Positions 10,791-23,875 are shown, numbered from the stretch's first letter. The stretch is 64,000 nt of DNA from Eledone cirrhosa (GCA_964016885.1 OZ024744.1:98394001-98458000), one strand, 5' to 3'. Numbers and translations: made by a program. The notes: generated from the letters alone by a model not told the origin.

Positions 10791-11541
10791 TGATCATTCA
10801 AGAACACAGCCGATGAATGGCAGGAAGCTGAATTAAGTTAAAAAATATGGGAGGGGTACGATAAAGAACTATACTGCATCGTCCTTCGCACGGGTTAACA
10901 AGGGACTCGTTCAGGCCTTAGTTAGAGGGGCCTATTCAAAAAATATATTGCAGTCTCTATTTCATGCACAAAAACTGGCGATGGGCCTGCGACCTGCTGT
11001 TGGAGGCGTGGGATGGACGCACAAAGATTGCATATCCCAAGACCCCAAAGAGGGTGACTACACCTTAGTCAGAGTGGTGTTTCGGTTGTGCCTTGCAGAC
11101 TAAATGACAAAATGTAATCGATATTTTAAAATATTCTTATTCATATAAAGACACACACGTGAAGAAGGAACGAATAGGATGAGAAAGACACAACAGGTAG
11201 TAATTTCGTGGTCAGAATATTAATGTTAGTCTAATGTTTGCTTTCAAAATGTGTTAAAGGGAAGAGGACTCAGTGGTGAAGAGTATGGGTTATTTCCCTT
11301 ATCTCGTCCATTTGCTTTTTTCCAATGCCTAGAATACATTGCTTATTGTCCTTAAATATGCAAGACGTCTCTTCGCGTTCCAGAAGAGCGTGATGAAGGG
11401 ATTTTGTAATTATTACATGGCACAGGTAACAGTCAGAAAGCAATAACCATTGCATTCTGTCTGGCAGGATGGGTTATGGGTTGGTAGGTTAGGTAGATAG
11501 GTAGGTAGGTGAGTAACTAGGCATGTAGGTAGTTAGATAGC

Positions 11542-13832
11542 TATATTTCTTTATTTGCCACAAGGGCGCAAAAGATGGGGACAAATACAATTGGGGAGTT
11601 TACATACAATGCGTGTAAAAATGTATAACAAAAATAATGAATAAAACAAACGAAATCCCCAATTGGGGGGAGGGAGGCGTTACAAATGGGTTGCACACAC
11701 CCCGAAAAAAATGTACAACCCTCATCTCCAGGAGCACGAAGAGCGAGCACTCCTTTCCTCTCTTCCTCGACCTACAGGCTTATATAAAAAGAAAGCCCAA
11801 CCACTCGGGCCATCCTTGCGACATTCACCCACCTTTCCTAAAATTTGCTGGGGTGCAGCTCCTCTCTCTCCACTCTGATTCTTCTTCTAAAATGATATTT
11901 GAAGAAGCGAACTAGTTGTTCGCCGGAGAGAAAGGTGTCTGACCTCAGCCCTTTCAGTCTCGTCCACCATATAACCTCTTTTACCATAGCGATTACACAG
12001 AGGAAAACCGCCTCTCCTTCGTTTTTGAAGGAAGGTGGCGGTTTGATCGTAATAATGGACTCCGTGGTCAACCGGATTTGTCCCACCCGCGACAGTAGTC
12101 GTTCTGCGTAGCTCCACAGGTCGGCAACGTCCGGGCAGTGTACGAATGCGTGCGCGACGGTTTCCTCGTCCCGCACGAATCACGAACAGATCTTTTTCGA
12201 GGGATCCCTGCCCGGGCGCCCGTGTCTGTAGAGCTTGTCTCGAACGGGTAGAGCTCCTCGGGAGCACTGACAGGCTAGGGACTTTTGGAAGTGGTCCATC
12301 GGTCCCGGGCGGAAGGTACTACCGAACAGACTGGCCTGTTTGTCTTCCTCTACGGCTAGAGTTTCTCCGAGAGTGTCGTCGCACTTGTTGCGGTCTAACC
12401 CTCTATAGAATTACGAGGTGGAGTCTCCACTGATCACCGGATCCTTTTGCCAGAGGACTGTGAGCGCCTGAGCACATTCAATGTGCCAGTCACCCATTTT
12501 TCTCGGTCTTTGCTTGACCCAGGACTGCGGCTCGGTCAGCGAGACGAGTCGCGGGAAGGCTCGCCTCACGAAAGGGGCCCACACCGGTTGTTCGGTGAGG
12601 AATACATGGAGGTACCGCAGCCTGAGCGCGTGTTTGCGCATCATCAGCCACGGCATCCCCAGCCCCCCGTTTGAAGGGTGTTGACAGCAGATGGATCTTC
12701 TCACCAAAGGAGCCCGCTTCTTCCAAAGGTATTGGAAGAGCGCGCGCTCCATTTTGGTGAACGTTTTACTTGGACAAGGCACGACGGTCAAGCGGTAGTA
12801 GTTGACGGACACTATGAAAGCGTTCGCCACCTCCGCTCGACATTTCAAAGATAGTTTGCACTCGGCCCACTTCTGGGCGAGCGCAAACATCTTGGTCGTC
12901 ACCTCGTTCCAGTTTTTCGCCACCTGGAAGTCCAGTCCGAACCAGACCCCGAGCAGCTTCACCGGTCCCTAGGTCCAGCGTCCGACGACGCCGTCGGAAG
13001 GCATCGGTTTGCCTCTCCACGATCCGAGTTGCAAACCGACGGACTTGTCCCGGTTCAGCTTCGTTCCTGTGAACCTCTCGTATTCCTTCAGTAAGGTGCC
13101 GACCGCCCCGATTTGCGAGGTGCTCGACACCATTACGGTGACGTCGTCGGCGTAGGCCGACGCCGCTTTTCGCAGTCTTGGTTCCAACGGGATGCCCTGC
13201 AGTAGCTCCAACCTCCGCAGTAGTGGTTCTAGAGTCAGTACGTACACAAGGGAGGAGAGAGGGCATCCCTGTCGAATGGATCGCGTGATTTGGAACGGCT
13301 CCGAGAGGTAGCCATTCACCTTGACCCTTGAGCAGATATTGTTGCTGTGCATGGCAGCAATTCAGCCCCTGAACACGGGTCCGAAGCCTGTCGCCGCATC
13401 CAGGTAACGATGGTCGACTCTATCGAATGCCTTAGACTGATCCAAATTTATCAGTGCCCCACGGAAGCCGGGTTTACACCAACCCTCTCTACGATGTATC
13501 GCATGAGGTGGAGGTTGTCGTGTATGGACCTGGTCGGGATTGCGCATGTCTGCGCTTCTCCCACCAGGTTTTCGACGACAAGCGCCAGCCTCTTTGCTAA
13601 CACCTTGGCCAAAATCTGTAACTCTGTGTTTAGTAGATTTATGGGCCTGAAGTTATTAATGTCGCCCCCTTTGTTCTCGTCCTTCTTGACCAGCATGACT
13701 ACTACCCCCTTGGTCACAGAACTGGGAATTCTCCTGTTCTGCTGCCAGTTGCAGTAGACCGCTTCGAGGAGACCGGAGAACAAGTCCGGCATTGCTACGT
13801 AAAATTCGTAGGGTAGACCGTCGAGCCCTGGC
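11542..13832 (-). mobile_element. Tx1/L1-clade LINE, 5'-truncated ORF2 (RT + C-terminal zinc-binding region), frameshifted
   Basis: SPGLDGLPYEFY, NFRPINLLN, DQSKAFDRVDH, RQGCPLS, AYADD, 'ETVAHAFVHC'; AATAAA near the 3' end at ~11550. Confidence 0.93.
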
Positions 13833-13899
13833 GAAGAAATACCAACGATAATCAGCAGACTACTGATGAAGGACATTCTTGTTTCTCGGTCTATTTTTA

Positions 13900-13974
<75 letters not shown>

Positions 13975-13997
13975 GAGGTTACACAACAGTTAGTTCA

Positions 13998-14047
13998 CCA
14001 TACCGAGAACAATTGTTTCACCTTAGCGGATCCTCAGCTCGTAATGG
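13998..14047 (-). ncRNA. Type I hammerhead ribozyme motif (minimal, PLE-type)
   Basis: Minus strand ccau-ua-cgag CUGAGGA u-cc-gcuaa-gg-u GAA A-caauug-U U cucg-gu-augg: stem I 4 bp + 2x2 loop + 4 bp, palindromic stem III, GUU site. Confidence 0.7.
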
Positions 14048-14112
14048 GCATGGTTATACGTCCCATGGACTGAGTGCTCTACCACTACGGATATTACCTT
14101 CCAGTGTTCTAC

Positions 14113-14139
<27 letters not shown>

Positions 14140-14150
<11 letters not shown>

Positions 14151-14355
14151 ATATTAAATAAATGGAAACTATATTTATAAAGCCATATTTATTCTATTAT
14201 ATATATTTCAAGGGTACCAAAATGTTGGTACGCTATCATCAGATAAAATATGAAGTGTGTTTTATAAATTTTGACATAACCAAGAAAAATATACCTTAAC
14301 GGTTCAAGTTTTCCTGTCGAGTGTTCTGAATCAGTTATAAACATTTATATTTGTA
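14140..14355. repeat. Penelope-type pseudo-LTR fragment (related sequence at ~34040-34145) with a degenerate hammerhead-like motif
   Basis: Sequence shared with 34040-34145; minus-strand CTGATGA-stem(gtaccaa/ttggtac)-GAAA at ~14203-14243. Confidence 0.55.
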
Positions 14356-15954
14356 TATATATATATTTATTTATTTATTTATGATGATGATCATCAATCA
14401 TCACTATTTAACGTCCATTTTCTATGCTGTCATAGGTTAGATGGGTTGTCATGTCATGAGACAAGTCAGGCCAGGTGACCTTGTCTTGCTCATATGGATC
14501 TGTATTTTGGCTTGGTGTCTGTGGATGCATTGCCTTTCCTAACGACAACCACATGGACTGGGTGCTATATATTGTGGCACCCGAAGAACTCCCTACAACA
14601 TGATAGACATGTTACTTTTTTTTTTATCATGGTACCAACATGTCCAGCTAACCTGGTGGACCTGGTGTTTTTGTTTTTGTGGCACCAGCACTATCACTGT
14701 ACAGGCTTATCTGGGTAGCACTTTGTCATGACAACAACAGTATGGGAGCTCAGGTGAAGAACATGTCCAGCTTTCCATCCATGAATGTATATTTTGGACA
14801 GGTGTGGAAGGTGGTTCTGGTGGTGTGTAGTGGAGTACATCCTGATCATTGTAAACCATCTATATCCCACACTCTCCTGAGAAGGCAGGTTGTCATGCTC
14901 TGAAACAAAGGCTGGACAGAAGAACATGTCTAGTTCATACATTCCATATTCTTCGTTTTTCCATGTTGGCATGGGTTGGACAGGGAGTGAAGTGCACCCA
15001 TTTTTGTATGTTGACATGGGTGAGGGAGGGGATTGAATGTAAGGGCTACCCCTTTTATAGAGAAATGGAGTGGGGCAAGCGTGGAGGGGAGGAACTGTCT
15101 TTGTTGGAAGTGAATGAAGGAGGAATAAGGTAGAGGGAGTATACAGGATGGGGTTGGGGGAAGTGAGTGAGTGAGGTCTAAGATGGAATATTCAGCTGGA
15201 TGAGTATTAAGATGGGTGGGTGGGAGGGGGGGAATTATAGGGTGGGAGATTGGTGCAGACTAATGTCCTCTAAAGGTTTGTTTCATCCTATACACGTGGA
15301 AAGGAGGATATTCTGCAATACAACATAACACCAGAGAACTTGATCCTGCATCCTCACTTTGGAGAGGTTTAATCAACTGTCATCAACCATATGCATCATA
15401 TGGTGGTGGTGGTGGTGGTGGTGAGGAGGAGGAGGAGGGGGAGGAGGAGGAGGGAGGGGGAGTATCTAAACTATTTATAATTTTTTTCTCTTTGATGGTG
15501 TCTCATAAAATGTTCAGCCTTGTGTTCTGTCCAAGATATTCTCAAATTCTTCTATAAACCCACATCTTAAAAATCTCTATGAGGTGGGGCTGAAAAGTTC
15601 TTGGCTTTGGGTAAAAAAAAAAAAAATACAGGAGGATCATTGGTGCAGACTTGTGTGCTCTGTATTTGTTTCATCCTATGCACATGGTCGTGATGTAGTG
15701 GTGGTGGTGGTAGTGGTAGTGATGATGTGTGGGTGTTTGTGCTTGAATAAGTGTGTGCAAATGCTTGTGTTGTATGTGTGAGTGTGTATATATAGATATA
15801 TATATATCTGTGTGTGTGTCTATATATATATATATATGTGTGTGTATGTATAAAACTCACTTAATTACATGCAATACAACTGGGTGTATATATATATATA
15901 TATATACTTCCCTACAGGACATAAATACAGACCTATCTTTAATAGATACAGAGT

Positions 15955-16480
15955 AAAACTTAGATATTCCTGTGCTAAAAATATGAAAGCCCACATCATG
16001 ACCAGCACCAAGAGCTCTTCCCCGACCAGATGCTCTTGCAGAAGGCCACAATCATGCCCTCTACTACAACAGTGTAACACACCTACAGTCGTCTATGAGG
16101 CTGAAGTTACAACCACTCGGACAAATCAACAGCAGGAGGTCAAAACATATGTAAGTATGTTGGAGGGTTGGTTTAAAGAATGCTTCCTTAACAATCAGAC
16201 AACCTTTAAACGCTCTGATAAGTGATCGTCCACGAAGCTGGCAAGCCATGTATGATCACTCAAAATGCAGACATGAATTTTTCCAATGAAAAGTTTTAGT
16301 CAAATCCAGGCCATACAAAAAAGGAGCAGTGTCCTGTAAGTTGTGTATTGATGAAAGAGGGAATATCTTGCGGAGCTTACGTAACAGCACCTGCCTTAAC
16401 ACGGCAGCTGATTATTTTTAATTGCTGCTCCCACACTGCAAAGTTTCTATTATATAACTGGAAGGACCCAAGATAACCAG
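15955..16480 (+). pseudogene. Penelope-like element 3' fragment (Cys linker + GIY-YIG endonuclease)
   Basis: 'KLRYSCAKNMKAHI...CSCRRPQSCPLLQQCNTPTVVYEAEV...TYVSMLEGWFKE'. Confidence 0.85.
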
Positions 16481-16885
16481 AAATTTAACCTGGATTCAAC
16501 TAACACAAATGAAAGGTATCCCCCTTTCAACAGTCTAATTTGAGTTGTCTCCCTTGTCATCAAACTACTGACATTTGCCACACAGTCAGCTCATATATAT
16601 ATATATATATGTCTGTTCTTACCACTACCATGCATGGATTGAAAATCCCTCCAATGAAACACGTCCTTGAATATGGTTATGCACCCTCCACACACACACA
16701 TACACACATAAGTGTTAATTCCTATTTTATCATCATAAAATAAAAATTATATCAAATTTTGGTATAGGGCTACCAATCTTATGGGGAAGGAGGGAAAGTC
16801 GATTATATCAAACCCTAGTAAGTAACTGGTACTTTATTTTATCGACCCTGGAAGAATGAAAGGCAACGGACAGTTATCGCCTATT

Positions 16886-16917
<32 letters not shown>

Positions 16918-17094
16918 GGCAATAGCCAATGACCCTGCATCTTTGGTCAAAGCAGGCATTGGAGCTTCAGCAGCCAGCCTGACAGCCGAAATAGGTAGCA
17001 GTATCAACTATCACTACCATTAACAAGAGAAAGCCAACAACAGCAGAAGTGACAATAACAACAACACCAGCAACAACAACATATAATTTCCTTC

Positions 17095-17360
17095 TCCTTA
17101 TATCAGCCTATAGGTTGAGGAAAAAGAGGAAGAGAAGAAAGGGATTCACTCTTCGTACTCCTGGAGATGAGGGTTGCACATTTTTTCGGGGTTATGTGTT
17201 ACCCATATGTAATGTCTCCCCCTATTGGGGAAAATCGATTAATTTTTAAATTACATTTGTGATAGTATTTTACCCATTTTTATTGAATGTAAACTTCCCC
17301 CTTTGTATTTGACCCCTTCTTTTATGCCACTGTGGCTAATAAAGAAACATATCATTATTA
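17095..17360 (+). mobile_element. Tx1-type LINE 3' UTR fragment
   Basis: Matches the reverse complement of 11545-11790 (ctcctggagatgagggttg, ccccctattgggga, aataaagaaa). Confidence 0.8.
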
Positions 17361-17384
17361 TATATCTTTATTGTACACAATAGG

Positions 17385-17576
17385 GTGGTGGATTGGCAGT
17401 ATCGGTAGAGGGTCGGACGCCATGCTTTGCAGCATAGAGTTACAGTCCTTTATGGTCTGAGTTCAAATCCCGCCGAGGTTAACTTTGCCTTTCATCCTTA
17501 CGGGGGTCGATAAAATAAAGTACCAGTAATACACTGGTTAATTGCTGGCCTTGTGCCAAAAGTAGAAACAATTATT
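17385..17576 (+). mobile_element. tRNA-derived SINE with Nin/Deu-like domain; further copies at ~16750-16870(-), 17800-18000(+), 33840-34025(-), 36735-36835(+), 48810-49000(-), 59190-59380(-), 63540-63675(-)
   Basis: gagttcaaatcccgccgagg B-box followed by gcctttcatccttacgggggtcgataaaataaagtaccag, repeated across the window. Confidence 0.85.
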
Positions 17577-18081
17577 GTACACAATAATTTCCTTATTATC
17601 ATTATCATATATGTGTATACACCATTATCATACCAGCAGTTGACCTTGTTATAAAATTAAAATAAAAGTGTATATTTTCATTATTGAATACTTTCTTTTT
17701 TATGATCTCATATCAAATCGTTTGATAATCAATTTCCTAAAAAAATATAATAATGTGAAAATAAAAACCCAATGGAAATAAAAGTGGAGAAATGCATGTG
17801 GTGTTTCACGGTATATAGTTACGTCACTTTACGTTCTAAGTTCAAATCTCACCAAAGTTAGCTGCTTTGCCTTTCACCCTTACATGATCGATAAAATAAA
17901 ATACCAGTAACGTACTGGGGTATATTTAGTCTTCTCCCCCCCCCCCCCCCCCCTCCCTCTATCCCAGAATTGTTGGCTTTGTACCTAAATCAGAAGCAAT
18001 TTTGAAAGAAGTGAGTATAAAATAAATAAAAATACAAAATTAACGAAATATAATACAACATACTGTTAACTGATGCGGAAA

Positions 18082-18112
<31 letters not shown>

Positions 18113-18402
18113 ATTATATATCTATATATATATATATAACGAAGGAGGTGTGGTAAGGAACTAGATGGACCATAATACACCAGAAATAGTCGTCGAAACG
18201 GCTTGAGCTCTGCCATCGGGGTCAAACATTTTCCTATATATATATATATATATATTGAGCTCAAGGAAATTTTTTCCAGGTTCTTCAAAATATATAGGAG
18301 AGAATACATGAAATATATAGGAGAGAACATGCTTTACCATTACAGGGTATTTTTATCACCAGAGTACCTCCATAACTATTACACCTGTACAGTCCCATAG
18401 AG

Positions 18403-20500
18403 CAGTGGTCGCCAACCTTTCTAAAACCGAGGAACCCTCTAAATATTTTGAATTCTTCACGGAACCTATACAATACAAAACTTTTCAAAAAAATAATAAA
18501 GTATTTATTTATTTTAGTGTTTCATGCGTGTGTATGTAATCGAACACAATGGCTTTTCTGCTGCTGCGCCTCATCAGTGAGTTTAGAAAATCGAGGTTCA
18601 ACACTAGTTAATGCCAGTCTCATACACTCGTCAATTGCTGACAGTTTATTCCTCTTCTTTGTGCAGATTTCCACCAACTGCGAAAACCCTTTTTCGCACA
18701 AGTAGCTAGATGGGAATAAAGTCAAATACTTCAATGCAAGTTGGCTGATTTCATTAAACTCCCCAATCAAGAATAAGTCGATCCATAGTTCTTTCTTTCT
18801 GCTTTCGAATATCACTTTCAGGTCTTCGTTTGAATTCAAATCCATCAACTGATGTAAGCATTGGGCAGGTAGTAAATTTTTACAATTTCCAGCGTCATTT
18901 TCTGACACTAACTGCTCGATCTCGGTGAACGGGTTTTTTATCCATAAATTTCCGCTAACAATATATTTTTCCATCAAGTCAAAATAATCTGAAAAACCTG
19001 TGGAAGAATAATCTTCTTTAGATTGCTGGAGTCAAAATTTTCTCTCTTTTTAAGCTCTATTTCAAGGTTTGAAAGTAATTGTCCGATTCAATTCTTTTTA
19101 TAAAGATGTTTAATTTTGATTGAAAATATGTAATAAAATTGATTGAAGTAAAAATATCTGCATTGTTACCCTGAAGACACTTATTTAGTTTGTTCAGTTC
19201 AGTTCACCAAAAATGTCTACTAAATAATCGAGTTGCAAATTCCATTCATTGGTTTCTAATACACTTGCTCTTTCATCATTCTGTTTTTTTAGAAAAACTA
19301 TTATTTCTTCTCTCAGTTCAAAACTCTCTTCATAGCATCCCCAAAAGACAGCCAACGCACATCATTGTTCAATAACAATCTATTATAATTACTTCTAGAA
19401 GATTCACAAATAGATTCAAACATTCTAGAATTTTTTGCTCTTGCATGGATCAAATTGATAATTTTGACAATGTCTTTCAGCTGGCCATTTAATATTTGAG
19501 CATTTCTGTCTTTGAATTTTTTTTAACACAAAACCTCTCGATGAATCATACAATGGTTTGAAATACAATTTGGGGTCTGTTCTTTAATTTTTGCAATCAA
19601 ACCAGAATTTTTACCAGTCATTGCAGCTGCTCCATCTGTTGTTATTGAAGTCAACTTGCTCCAAGATACACCATTTAAAAAAAAATACTCTTCAATTTTA
19701 TTGAATATATCTTGACCTTTAGTTGTGATGTCTAATGTCAGACAAAACAAATACTCTTCTACTAATTCTTTTTTATCAAGGTCTACAAACCGTACATAGC
19801 AAATTAATTGAGCCTTGTTTTTAATATCCGTAGTTTCGTCCACTTGCAGTCCAAAACATGGGCTTTTCTTTAGTGCAGTTAGTATCTGATTTTCTATATC
19901 AGAAGAAATATCAATTATCCCTCTTTTAACGGTATTTGCTGACAATGGTAACTGGCTTAATTTTTCTTTGTCCTTAATACTGCAGCTTTCAAAAAGATTC
20001 TCTGTAGCAATTTTTATACTTGGTAGAATTAACTGTTCTCCTAATGTAAATGGTTTCTTGTTTTTACCAATCAAATGTGAAATCTCAAAAGATGTTCTTG
20101 TTAAAGCTTTATTTCTATCTGACTTTTTACAAAACAAGTCCATACATATTAGCTTGTGATTTTTTTATGTTGTTTTTCAGCGAAGTAAAGTATTCCAGTG
20201 ACTTGTTTTTATCATTGGTGTGATTAGTATCAATGTGTCTTTTAGGTTTTGCAGGATTTAAACAGCTATTTAATAGAACTTTTGAACATAGCAAACACAT
20301 GGGCTGATCTGGTGTATCTTTTTTAGTGTCAGCTTTTTGAAATCTATATCTAACATAATCATCACACCACTGTCTAACCTTACTGCTGGTATCTAACTTC
20401 AGCTTCTTTGCAGTAGACATCATATCAACGTTATTTATCTACAGTTAACTAGAAGAAATTTTTTTCAGAGTCCAGCACTTCCGGCATATACTACTTTAGG
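18403..20500 (-). mobile_element. hAT DNA transposon (Buster/Charlie/ZBED5-SCAND3-like), degenerate transposase; only one TIR found
   Basis: TIR-like cagtggtcgccaacc at 18403; BED-like 'PMCLLCSKVL...KRHIDTNH', 'KKPFTLGEQLILP', 'FGLQVDETTD', 'TTDGAAAM', 'HCMIHRE', dimerisation 'FPSSYLCEKGFS'. Confidence 0.92.
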
Positions 20501-20899
20501 GTCGTATTAAATATTATTGGTAATGTAAATATATTTAAATATCCGCCATACTAAAAGGTGCAAAAAATGCAAATCAGCTGATAGTGTAGATGTGACGATG
20601 GTATTGGAAATTAATTCAGATATCTTCTATCTATTTTGACTCAAAGTTAGATATAATATAAGAAGGCTTTTAGGCTGCATTAAACATATATTAGATTGGA
20701 ACAAATAAAGTTTAGTCAAATGTTTGTGGACATATATATTTATTGTATAAAGTAATTTCTCAATTGTGAATGCAGATGTCATCAAATGAATACATAATTG
20801 TGTGGCAAAGTTTATAGTGTATGCATGGAATACAAAATTACCTTTGTTAGTAGTCGAAACTTTACAGGCGTTATATTTTCTGTGCAAAGTACAACAGAA

Positions 20900-22470
20900 T
20901 GTAACGTGTTCTTATTTAGAATTGTCTGTGGAACTGGATGCATGTTGAAAACGACTAGTAACGACTCGTATATTTTACAGTTTTATTGTAATGGACAGTC
21001 GTCTTTTTTTCTGCAAGAGCATCCCGGATCTTCATCTGGTTTGTTTTTTGGCAGTCATTTTGGATCTCATGGATGGCGCGCAAGAATAGGAAACTCACTG
21101 AACGTCTATTGGCAGTTTTACTGTATCTATGTTGCGGAATGAAGTGCTTATAAATAAGGTATAAGAATTTCTTAACTACATTAGTTTTTATATTTAATGA
21201 GAAAGGTGGTACAAACCAGATCAATTTTATTTCTCGGTGGGTGACTATTAGGTATGTATTTGATCTGTTCCTTAAACCCACTATCTCGGAGGACCTTGTT
21301 ATATACGGCGCCGCCTTTTGAAATATGTTTCTATTGGCTGATAAGTTAATGTTGGGCACTAGATTTTTTAAAAACCGTAGGTGGGTGGCATGATCCTCTG
21401 TTGATGTATTTTGCTCTCTCATTCACTTTATGTTGGGGTTTATATGTGCCTGTTGATAGGTCCAAGCTGATGTCAAGAAAGTGACGTCCGAATCGACTGT
21501 GCTAAAGGTGCATATCAGATCATTAAAGAAGCTGTCCATATCGTGCCTGCTGTAGTCGTGGGTCAAAGAAAGACCAATGTCGTGATGGTGTGGTCGAGAG
21601 ATTTACGTTTAAGTGTATAGTGGATGTATAATCCAACAAGATTACATATATACACGCTGTCATACGATCCCATCGTGACGTCGAATGAATCTTTTGGGCC
21701 GGATTTTCTTTTTTACGGAAGCGGTGCAGATGTTAAATGTTCTTTGTGTGTGGTAATCAAGTCAATCTCTTGGTCACTGATAGATCCAAAGGCCTTGTCT
21801 AGTAGTGGTTTAGTAATAGAAGGGTAAAAATCGATTATATCGAATTGGGTAAATTTAGCTCTGTTCTTATATATATTGTAGTGTGACCTACAAACAGGTC
21901 ACACTACAACTCATAAACCATGCAAGAACAGAATTAGGGCTAGCCAGTAAGAACATTTTAGGAGAAATTAACACACGTATCATAAACAACACAAATGTGC
22001 TGCTGTGGAACAATACTAGATTGGTTATGTCTTTGAACCAGGATATAACCAATCTAGTATTGTTCCACAGCAGCACATTTGTGTTGTTTATGATACGTGT
22101 GTTAATTTCTCCTAAAATGTTCTTACTGTCTAGCCCTAATTCTATTCTTGCATCGTTTATGAGTTGTAGTGTGACCTGTTTGTAAAACCCAATTTGTTAT
22201 CCTTCAGGGTAATAAAGGCATCATACTTAGCCAATCTTTCTAGTCTATTATCAATTTTAAAGCTTCTAGCTACTCATTTGGCCTCGTTGTTAATATAATT
22301 GTAAGAGTCAGGTTTGGTCTTCTGGTACTTGTTTGTTATATTGCTTAGCATAAGGTGACAATATCTATCTCTATTTACCTCATATAAGTTTTAAATCTTG
22401 TCAGAAAAAAAAAAAATATATATTATTTGACGATCTAAATTTCTTAATATCTTTTATGGAGGTTTCTTTA
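20900..22470 (-). mobile_element. Penelope-like retroelement RT/thumb fragment, degenerate, with internal foldback
   Basis: Minus-strand 'FTQFDIIDFYPSIT', 'SFDVTMGSYD', 'IWFVPPFSLNIKTNVVKKFLYLI'. Confidence 0.85.
21889..22184. repeat. Near-perfect palindrome (~140-bp arms)
   Basis: tacaaacaggtc...tagattggttat / ataaccaatcta...gacctgtttgta. Confidence 0.95.
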
Positions 22471-23180
22471 ACACGCCGACGTGTATGTGTATATGTGTGT
22501 GTGCGTGTGTGTGTAGATTGTATGTAGACTGTACAACATCAAGGGCGATGCCCCAGCATGGCCTCAGCTGGATGGCAGGAACAGGTAAAAGAGTATGCTG
22601 TTTTCTGTAGTCTGCCATTACCCCTTCCTTCCTCAGTCATCTCTAGTGCATGAAGTCATCACGCCTTCCTTCCTCAGTCATCTCTGGTATGTGACGGATA
22701 GATGGATGGAAGCGGCTCAAATTTATATATAGATGAACGTATTTTGGAAGGAACTTTGGTACTTATGCAAGCGATTTGATGTCTGCTAAATCTTTAACTT
22801 TGAGTGGGTACTAGGTTGACTTGAAATTGAATCTTTCAGTGGCAGTAGTTACCATATCTCTGTCAAAATGTAGAGCCTTACATCTCAATCTTCGTACCAC
22901 AGCCTCCACTTTTTCTAATAGGATTTTGGAGTAGAAGATAGTAGGTATCAGAATGTTCTTGGAAGAGTAGTCTATTTCGTATATGTCTATTATGTTGATA
23001 GGAGGATTTTTTTTCAATATGCTGACGCATATGTGTTTTGCCTGTGTGTATGTGTATGTGCATATGCATACATTTATATGTATGAATATATAAATATAAA
23101 CGCACAAACACAGACATGTATTCACACAAACACACACACACAAACACACACACACAAACACACACATACACTCGCACACA

Positions 23181-23450
23181 CAGGGGCCTCGTTTGCCTTA
23201 AAAAAGTAAGGGGAGCAAACCAACATTTGTTGATTCTTAAAGGAGCATAAATTGCTTATGGTCCCTTTCCCGGACCCTATCACATAAGTAAAATTTTACG
23301 CTAATTAAATTTTATATATTCAAATGAAGTTCAGATATAAAATAATAAGCTTAAAAAGAATTTATTATATCAAATAAACAAAAAATAAAACAGTCGTTTG
23401 AAAAAGTAGGGGGACTTTCCCCCTAGTACCCTCCTAAAACAAGGCCCTTC
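23181..23450. mobile_element. hAT-type MITE
   Basis: Imperfect TIRs caggggcctcgttt / aaacaaggcccttc; inserted in a CA repeat. Confidence 0.7.
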
Positions 23451-23499
23451 TACACACATCATAGCAAATGAAACGCCAGCCTCTGTTTTGCTATAGTTC

Positions 23500-23606
23500 T
23501 TTCACCATCCCCTTCCTTCCTTTTACACACACATACATTCACACACACACACAAACACACACACTGTATGTGTGACGGACGGAAGTCGCTCAACTTTATA
23601 TATAGA
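23500..23606 (-). mobile_element. Helitron-like 5' terminus (second copy ends at 22733)
   Basis: Minus strand A|TCTATATATAAA...tccgtccgtcac in both copies. Confidence 0.55.
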
Positions 23607-23729
23607 TGTTGAAAATGATCCTTGTCTGAAGAGTGCTCAACTGTTCTGGCTACGTATTTTTGTCCTTGAGCTCGACGAGGGACCAGTTTGGAAGAGCCTC
23701 ATCATTAGAACACTGCCGAAACTTGGGAA

Positions 23730-23874
23730 GGTTTTCTAAGAACTTTAGACCAATCTCACTTTTGAGTTACACCTACAAGCTCTTTGGACGCCTGATCCTC
23801 AACAGAATTGGCCCCTTTGTGGACGAACACCTCATCCGTGAACAAGCCGGCTTCCGCCCTGGCAAGTCGACAAT
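23730..23874 (+). pseudogene. Vingi/Ingi-like LINE RT N-terminal fragment
   Basis: 'KNFRPISLLSYTYKLFGRLILNRI...EQAGFRPGKST'. Confidence 0.8.
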
Positions 23875-23875
23875 A

